Assembly (NCBI GenBank): GCA_029548865.1
Contig: JAKPMO010000002.1
Span: forward strand, 192,001 to 256,000
DNA from: Caldisericota bacterium
Lineage (GTDB): Bacteria > Caldisericota > Caldisericia > JAAYUI01
Direction of reading: 5' to 3'
DNA: 64,000 bases
Part shown: positions 57,975 to 64,000 of the stretch, in pieces
Layout of the letters: each line of letters opens with the position of its first letter
Position numbering within the stretch: the stretch's first letter is position 1
The notes under the pieces: generated by a model
Databases searched by the model: none
What the model was told of the DNA's origin: nothing
The model's input: the letters and a program-made list of their open reading frames with translations, nothing else
Made by a program: the position numbers and the translations under genes

Positions 57975-59266
57975 GTAAAATCCACGCTTTCAAGTTTAAC
58001 GAAAAGACCCTGCTTTATGATTGCCAAGCGGGGTCTTTGCTTTTATTGGACGATGAGGCCCACGATCTTTTTACAAAAATAGAAGAGGGTTTTGATCCGT
58101 TTAGTTTGCCTCCCGGCGAGGCCAGGGAAATGGTTTTAGGGCTGATCAGTGAAGGCATAATTCTTTCCAAGGTTGATTATCCGAAGCCACAGAAGTTGTC
58201 CCCAAAGTCTTTGTGTCTCATAGTTTCTCATGCCTGCAACATGGCGTGCACCTATTGTTCCCTCTCCAAGGCTACCATTGAGGGCAAGCTGATGTCTCCT
58301 GAAACAGCAATCAAGGCCATGAAATGGCTGATTGATAATGCCCCTGGGACCAAGGTTGATGTGGACTTTTTTGGTGGAGAGCCCACGCTTGCCTGGAAAA
58401 CTGTCAAAGCGGTGGTCGATTTTTCCAAGGAATATTCAAAAACCAAGAGCAAAACGGTGCGTTTTTCCATGTCCACAAATGCGCTGGGTCTCACTGACGA
58501 GATGCTTGATTATTGCGATGAAAATTACATATCGCTCATTCTAAGTCTTGATGGCCCGAAAGCTGAAAATGACAGATGCAGGGTACTAAAAGATGGCAGG
58601 CCATCTTTTGATACTGTTTTGCCCAATATCATGAAGGTTGCCCAAAGAAGGCAAAGAGGGTGGTATGTAAGGGGTACATATTCAAAAGAAACCATCAACT
58701 TTTCTGATTCTGTCATTGCCCTTCACAAGATGGGCATCAACAACCTGGCTTTTGAGCCGGTTGTAAGCAACGACCCAAAAGTTGCTTTTTCGGAAAAAGA
58801 CATCCCTGCAATCAGAGAAGAATATGAAAAATTGGCCAGATATTATGTTGAGTGCAAAAAAACTGACATGCCAATAAAGTTTTACCACTTTGAAATGGAC
58901 CTGGAAAATGGCCCCTGTGCAAGAAAGTCTGCTGGTGGTTGTGGCGCCGGCGCAGAGTATCTGGCGGTATCGCCTGATGAGAAGATTTGGCCATGCCACC
59001 AGTTTGACACCGAAGAGGGTTTTTGCCTTGGAACGCTTGATAACCCACCCACACAGGCCATTTATGACGAATATACCATCAAAAACCATCTGACTGAAAA
59101 AAGAGAATGCCCTGACTGTTGGGCCTCATATCTTTGTTCTGGTGGCTGTATTGCCTCAAACAAATTGCAAGAGGGCGACGTTCTCCTGCCCTACAAAATG
59201 GGTTGCCTCATCCAAAAGATAAGGCTGGAAGCCGCCCTCTGGGTTTATTCTGAACTCAGGGAGTAA
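57962..59266 (+). CDS. scfB: SCIFF radical SAM/SPASM maturase (CteB-like)
   Basis: CNMACTYC, 'DFFGGEP', 'GCGAGAEYLAVSP...PCHQF', 'CPDCWASYLCSGGC'; homology extends upstream of TTG 58037 to CTG 57962. Confidence 0.9.
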   Translation: MDTLGKIHAFKFNEKTLLYDCQAGSLLLLDDEAHDLFTKIEEGFDPFSLPPGEAREMVLGLISEGIILSKVDYPKPQKLSPKSLCLIVSHACNMACTYCSLSKATIEGKLMSPETAIKAMKWLIDNAPGTKVDVDFFGGEPTLAWKTVKAVVDFSKEYSKTKSKTVRFSMSTNALGLTDEMLDYCDENYISLILSLDGPKAENDRCRVLKDGRPSFDTVLPNIMKVAQRRQRGWYVRGTYSKETINFSDSVIALHKMGINNLAFEPVVSNDPKVAFSEKDIPAIREEYEKLARYYVECKKTDMPIKFYHFEMDLENGPCARKSAGGCGAGAEYLAVSPDEKIWPCHQFDTEEGFCLGTLDNPPTQAIYDEYTIKNHLTEKRECPDCWASYLCSGGCIASNKLQEGDVLLPYKMGCLIQKIRLEAALWVYSELRE

Positions 59267-59645
59267 AAACCTCTTTTACAAGCACCTCAAGCTCGTCCAT
59301 CGTTTTGTCCAGCTCGTAGGTCGTTGTTGCTTCAGTCTGGTTGGAAGGGTCCTGGACCATTTTTCTTCTGGCAATCCACCCGGATTCGAACGAGGATGCA
59401 AGTTCTTTTATCCTGGCAACTTTTTCCGGTGTGGCATTTTTATATTTTCCAGATAACAAATCACCCATGTCCTGTATGAGCTTCAGATCATCACTGATGG
59501 CAAAATACCTTTTGTCCAGGTCACCCATTGCTGACCGTTTTTCTTTTTGTATCCTGTCCATAACAGACTTTTTAGTGAAGTAAAGTATTACTCCAAGTAG
59601 AATGCCTGCAACAACAGCGCCGAGTAAAAACAGCAATACATTCAT
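59256..59645 (-). CDS. Small membrane-anchored helical protein
   Basis: N-terminal TM; start overlaps the pspA stop. Confidence 0.6.
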   Translation of the reverse strand: MNVLLFLLGAVVAGILLGVILYFTKKSVMDRIQKEKRSAMGDLDKRYFAISDDLKLIQDMGDLLSGKYKNATPEKVARIKELASSFESGWIARRKMVQDPSNQTEATTTYELDKTMDELEVLVKEVFTP

Positions 59646-60304
59646 TATTTGCCTTTCAGTTGCTGGAGCCTCTTGTTGATTTCATCCTCCTCGTTTATCG
59701 AGGCGATCTCGTCATCAAGCGAATCGGCTGCAGAACCGAGTTCTGCCAGGGCCGCAACCTTGTTTTCTTTCTTGATGACCCTCTGCTCAAGCTCGTTGAA
59801 TGTTGTGCCAATGTCGGCAACATTGATGTTCCCCATTGTTTTGACGACCTTCTCTTGCGCTTTTGCCGCTTTGTTCCTGGCTATGAGCTCATCCATTTTT
59901 ACCTCAGCCTCTTCGATTTTGGCCTTGAGGGCGGCGATGACATCTTTGAGCTTTGCGTTCAGCTCAACTTGCCTGACATGTGACTCTTCTGCGCTCTTTT
60001 GCTGTTTCTCGAGCGTCAATACTCTGGCCATACATTTTTTTGCAAGCTCTTCCTTGCTTGCGGAAAGTGCCTGTTGCGCTGCATCATTGTACTTTTTGAG
60101 ATCAAACTTGATATCAGCGAGTCTCATTTCGGTCTGTTTTGAAACAGCCATCGACTCGGCGGCCGCATCAGTGGCTTCCACCAGGTCCTGCTTCATCTGG
60201 TCGATTTTGAGGGGAAGCATTTTCTCCGGGTCTTCCATCTTTGTCAACCAATCATTAACGTTTGATTGCAATATATCGCTGATTCTTTGCCAAAAACCTG
60301 CCAT
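59645..60304 (-). CDS. pspA: PspA/IM30 family protein
   Basis: 'F.RI.DI..SN.N....K.EDPEKML', coiled coil, 'RL.QLK'; AAGGAGG RBS. Confidence 0.9.
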   Translation of the reverse strand: MAGFWQRISDILQSNVNDWLTKMEDPEKMLPLKIDQMKQDLVEATDAAAESMAVSKQTEMRLADIKFDLKKYNDAAQQALSASKEELAKKCMARVLTLEKQQKSAEESHVRQVELNAKLKDVIAALKAKIEEAEVKMDELIARNKAAKAQEKVVKTMGNINVADIGTTFNELEQRVIKKENKVAALAELGSAADSLDDEIASINEEDEINKRLQQLKGK

Positions 60305-60317
60305 TTAACACCTCCTT

Positions 60318-60358
60318 GGTATTGATTGTAACGTAATAAGCTGGTTACAATCAATACC
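60318..60358. promoter_or_regulatory. 15-bp perfect inverted repeat in the divergent pspA/ABC promoter region
   Basis: GGTATTGATTGTAAC-N11-GTTACAATCAATACC. Confidence 0.75.
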
Positions 60359-60403
60359 CTTATACACTTGATACCAAAAAGTATTTGTGGCAATATTTGC
60401 CCC

Positions 60404-62158
60404 GTGACTACATTCCAATATTATTCTAGATTGCTTAAGCCATACAGATGGAAATATGTTTTGGCCATGATCGGCGTTTTGGTGAACACCTCAGACATGC
60501 TTGTTCCAATGTTTATTTCAACAAGCATTGATGCTGCATATCTTAAGAAACCAGATGCAAAATATATAATTTTGTCGGCTTTGCTTTGGGTTGTTGGCAT
60601 TGCTGTTGTGAGGTCCTTTACGTTTGTAGCCAGCAGGTACACACTTGTTGGTGTATCAAGACACACAGCTTATGATCTGAGAAACACCATCTATGATAAA
60701 ATCTTGAGATTGCCTGACAAATTTTTTGTCGGGATGTCTACAGGTGAAATAATGAACAGGGCATCTTCTGATGTCCAGTCTATCACGATGTTTCTTGGTA
60801 TGGGTGGAAATCTTTTCCCAAACGCTGTTTTGAGAACAGTACTTGGTACGATATTGATGATATCAATATCATGGAAGCTTGCCATACCAATTTTACTTTT
60901 TGTGCCGGTACTCTTCTTCATCGAATATCTTTTTGGAAAAAAGATATTCAAGCTTTACAAGATTCTTCAGGACTATTCTGACAAAGTTGTAAGCAGAGTG
61001 CAGGAAAACTACTCTGGTGCCAGAACTGTAAGATCGTACAACCAGGGAGATCATGAGAAGAGGATGTACAAGGGAATGATGGACAAATACGTTCAGACCA
61101 TCAAACCTCTCAATATAATGGATGCCCTCTTCTGGCCTGTCCTGAACATGGCAAGCTGGATGCCAATACTGGTAATCCTTTGGTATGGTGGTGTTTTATA
61201 TATGAAAGGCCAGTTGACCCTTGGTGGTCTGTCTGCCTTTATCGCCTATGTCAGTCTCATGATCTGGCCAATCATCAATCTTGGATGGGTAACAAATCTT
61301 TACCAAAGGTCAAATGCTTCGCTCAAGAGGATTGTTGAGATCACAGAAGTTGTTCCTGATATCAAATCTCCACAAAACCCATACAAACCAGAAACCATTG
61401 AGGGAAACATAGAGCTGAAAGATGTCAAATTGTCTTATGGTACAAACATCAACTCCATAGACGGAATCTCCATTACTATTCCAAAGGGGCAGGTTGTGGG
61501 TGTTGTTGGCCCGGTTGGTTCGGGGAAAAGCTCTTTTGGAAAACTTTTGCTTAGAGTCTGGGACTCTGATTCTGGCGAAGTGAGCATTGATGGTGTTGAT
61601 ATAAAAAAGTGGGACCTCAAGATGCTCAGGAAATCTTTTGGCTATGTTCCGCAAGACAATTTCCTTTTCTCCACTTCAATTGGAGAAAACATAGCTTTTG
61701 CTAAACCTGATGCCACCAAAGAAGAAATCGAAAAAGTGGCAGAGATGGTCCAGATAAAGGACGAGATCGAGAAGTTCCCACAAAGCTTTGATACAGTGGT
61801 TGGTGAAAGGGGAGTAACGCTTTCTGGTGGACAAAGGCAAAGAGTCGCTATTGCAAGAGCACTGCTTCTTGATCCACCGATGATGCTTCTGGATGATCCT
61901 TTGTCTGCGGTCGATACTTCGACTGAGGACGCAATCATTGATACGCTTAAACCGATAATAAAGGGCAGAACAACAATAATAATCGCCCACAGGGTAAGCG
62001 CAATGAGGCTTGCCGATAGGATCGTTGTTCTTGACAAGGGAAGGATTGTGGAGGATGGCACTCACCAGGAGTTGATGACAAAAGGCGGTTATTACGCTGA
62101 TCTTGTTGAAAAACAGAGACTGGCCACTCAGATAGGCCAGGAGGGCATCGATGCCTGA
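60404..62158 (+). CDS. ABC exporter, fused permease/ATPase (MdlA-like)
   Basis: 6 TM, 'GPVGSGKS', 'LSGGQRQR', degenerate Walker B 'LLDDP'; probable GTG start. Confidence 0.92.
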   Translation: MTTFQYYSRLLKPYRWKYVLAMIGVLVNTSDMLVPMFISTSIDAAYLKKPDAKYIILSALLWVVGIAVVRSFTFVASRYTLVGVSRHTAYDLRNTIYDKILRLPDKFFVGMSTGEIMNRASSDVQSITMFLGMGGNLFPNAVLRTVLGTILMISISWKLAIPILLFVPVLFFIEYLFGKKIFKLYKILQDYSDKVVSRVQENYSGARTVRSYNQGDHEKRMYKGMMDKYVQTIKPLNIMDALFWPVLNMASWMPILVILWYGGVLYMKGQLTLGGLSAFIAYVSLMIWPIINLGWVTNLYQRSNASLKRIVEITEVVPDIKSPQNPYKPETIEGNIELKDVKLSYGTNINSIDGISITIPKGQVVGVVGPVGSGKSSFGKLLLRVWDSDSGEVSIDGVDIKKWDLKMLRKSFGYVPQDNFLFSTSIGENIAFAKPDATKEEIEKVAEMVQIKDEIEKFPQSFDTVVGERGVTLSGGQRQRVAIARALLLDPPMMLLDDPLSAVDTSTEDAIIDTLKPIIKGRTTIIIAHRVSAMRLADRIVVLDKGRIVEDGTHQELMTKGGYYADLVEKQRLATQIGQEGIDA

Positions 62159-63935
62159 GTATATACACGAAGAAGAAGCCCTTGGAAAAGCTTATGATTC
62201 AAGGCTCATAAAAAGACTTCTAAAATATCTGAAGCCATACGTCGGCAAAACAATTCTTTCTTTGCTAATGCTCGTTTTCTGGACGGCCCTGAGGCTTGCT
62301 TCGCCGATAATTATGAAGCTTGCTCTTGATAAATACATTAGCAAAGGGGACATCAAAGGCCTAGGAATTCTTATGCTTGCGATGTTTACCCTGATTATCT
62401 TCCAGTCCATTGTCAGGTATTATCAGATCCTTATCATGTCTTTCATTGGTCAGTATCTCATGAGGGACATGAGGCGCCAGATTTTTGACAAATTGCAAGA
62501 CATTCAGATGTCATTTTTTGACCACAATCCAGTTGGAAGGCTTATCACCAGAATAACATCAGATGTTGACGCGATTTACGAGTTTCTGACTCAGGGCATA
62601 ATAACCCTCATAACAGACGTGACGATCGTTATCGGTTCTACAATAATGCTCTTCATCCTCCAGCCAACACTTGCGCTTATCGCTGTTTCGATTATGCCCC
62701 CAATGATGGTTGCGGCAGTGGTATTCAAGAATCTGGCAACCAAGTTTTACAGGGAGGTCAGGGTCAAAACAGCAAAGGTCAATGCTTTCCTACAGGAGAG
62801 CATCACTGGTGTTCGTACTATCCAGTGGAGTGGCAGGGAAGACATAAACAAAGGCATGTTTGCCAAAATTTCCGGAGAGCTCAAAGGCAGCCAGCTCAAG
62901 GCTGTTCTTAACTATACAGTTTTCTTCCAGGCAATTGACCTGTTCGAAACAGTTGCAACGGGTTTTGTTGTCTGGTATGGAAGCTTACTGGTACTCAAGG
63001 TGGCAATAACTGTCGGACTTCTTGTGGCTTTTACATCGTACCTGAAGGAATTCTATGCCTCGATGTATGATATATCTGACCATTTCAACACCATGCAGGA
63101 AGCGATGACCTCTTCAGAGAGAATATTCAAGCTTCTTGATGAACCCGTTGTCATAAAAGAAAAAGTTGATGCCATCTGGCCGGAAGAACCAATCAATGGC
63201 CATGTTGAATTTCAGGATGTACAACTGGAATATCAGCCCGGTCAGCCTGTCCTTAAGGGCGTGTCGTTTGAAGTAAAACCAGGCCAGAAAGTGGCCGTTG
63301 TCGGGCCAACTGGTGCCGGTAAGTCCAGTATAATCAGTCTTCTCTCAAGACTGTATGACATCCAGGGCGGGGACATAAAGATAGATGGCCACTCAATATA
63401 CAACCTCAAACTAGGCTATCTGAGGAGCCAGATTTCTGTTGTGCTTCAGGACCCATTCATCTTTTCAGGCCCAATCATTGACAATATAACTCTCCTCTCG
63501 CCTATCAGCAGGGAAAGAGCCAGAGAAGCAGCCAGGCTTGTCGGCGCCGAAGATTTCATCCTTAAACTGCCTGAAGGGTATGACTATGTTCTGACCGAAA
63601 GAGGGGCAACACTCTCTGTTGGTCAGCGTCAGCTCCTTTCATTCGCCAGGGCAATTGCCCATGACCCAAGAATACTTGTCCTAGATGAGGCGACAAGCTC
63701 TATCGACACGGCCTCTGAAACGCTGATCCAGGAGGCCATGAAAAACATGATGGCTGGCAGGACCTCGATTGTTGTGGCCCACAGACTCTCAACCATCAAG
63801 GATGCCGATCTTGTGCTGGTTATCTCTGATGGAAAGATTGCAGAGAGCGGATCACACGATGAGCTTTTGAAAAGGGGTGGAATGTACAAGACCCTTTATG
63901 AGCTCCAGTTCAAGGCCCAGGAAAGAAACTCATAA
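62151..63935 (+). CDS. ABC exporter, fused permease/ATPase (MdlB-like)
   Basis: 'GPTGAGKS', 'LSVGQRQ', 'LDEATS'. Confidence 0.93.
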   Translation: MPEYIHEEEALGKAYDSRLIKRLLKYLKPYVGKTILSLLMLVFWTALRLASPIIMKLALDKYISKGDIKGLGILMLAMFTLIIFQSIVRYYQILIMSFIGQYLMRDMRRQIFDKLQDIQMSFFDHNPVGRLITRITSDVDAIYEFLTQGIITLITDVTIVIGSTIMLFILQPTLALIAVSIMPPMMVAAVVFKNLATKFYREVRVKTAKVNAFLQESITGVRTIQWSGREDINKGMFAKISGELKGSQLKAVLNYTVFFQAIDLFETVATGFVVWYGSLLVLKVAITVGLLVAFTSYLKEFYASMYDISDHFNTMQEAMTSSERIFKLLDEPVVIKEKVDAIWPEEPINGHVEFQDVQLEYQPGQPVLKGVSFEVKPGQKVAVVGPTGAGKSSIISLLSRLYDIQGGDIKIDGHSIYNLKLGYLRSQISVVLQDPFIFSGPIIDNITLLSPISRERAREAARLVGAEDFILKLPEGYDYVLTERGATLSVGQRQLLSFARAIAHDPRILVLDEATSSIDTASETLIQEAMKNMMAGRTSIVVAHRLSTIKDADLVLVISDGKIAESGSHDELLKRGGMYKTLYELQFKAQERNS

Positions 63936-63943
63936 CAAAGTAA

Positions 63944-63970
63944 AACAGCCCCTCTCTTGGAGGGGCTGTT
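63944..63970. terminator. Terminator hairpin after the ABC pair
   Basis: AACAGCCCCTC...GAGGGGCTGTT; T-tract lies on the minus strand. Confidence 0.65.
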
Positions 63971-64000
63971 GGAAAACGAATGCCAAATTTTTTCTTCAGA

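Noticed and set aside
59649..60308. 219-aa plus-strand ORF
   Set aside because: Antisense shadow of pspA; Ser/Leu-rich, no RBS
60404..63935. ABC pair as a dedicated ranthipeptide exporter
   Set aside because: No C39 peptidase domain; generic MdlAB type, separated by a divergent pspA operon
1..64000. CRISPR arrays, IS elements, rRNA
   Set aside because: No spaced direct repeats, transposases or rRNA-like stretches; the window is almost entirely protein-coding

Overview
A 64-kb chromosomal window from an anaerobic bacterium. The copper-amine-oxidase-N 'stalk' protein, PQQ-type propeller lipoprotein and large secreted subtilase resemble Caldisericota-like genomes; this is inference only. No integrase, transposase, phage gene, rRNA or CRISPR array was recognised. 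From left to right it contains: a 5'-truncated GlcD-like FAD oxidoreductase plus a CCG/Fe-S partner; tandem-duplicated AraC-GyrI regulators; a DsrE2-TusA-DsrE/F/H sulfur-relay operon behind a CsoR/CstR-type operator; the core rpsB-tsf-pyrH-frr-uppS-cdsA-dxr-rseP-ispG-hflX cluster; an S8 protease; a B12 operon (cobO-meaB-mutase small subunit-pckA); ftsB and tRNA-Met; a hybrid histidine kinase operon; dnaB with an ECF-sigma cassette; a 10-gene Hdr/Mvh hydrogenase operon; a heme-lipoprotein/2-oxoacid:ferredoxin oxidoreductase/peptidase/pfkA operon; a frameshifted trkA; a ranthipeptide (SCIFF-like) precursor plus radical SAM/SPASM maturase; pspA; and a heterodimeric ABC exporter. The most notable observations are: (1) an extra NAD(P)H-oxidoreductase/hexa-cluster ferredoxin/MvhD-wHTH module inside the Hdr-Mvh operon, whose ferredoxin carries an HdrA-like C-terminal tail; (2) a SCIFF-like precursor lacking the canonical crosslinking cysteine, with a maturase that appears to start at CTG; (3) a conserved internal start in both AraC-GyrI genes; (4) long perfect palindromes over promoters and many apparently leaderless genes; (5) a poly-C frameshift in trkA. 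All calls come from motif recognition by eye; no database searches were run.
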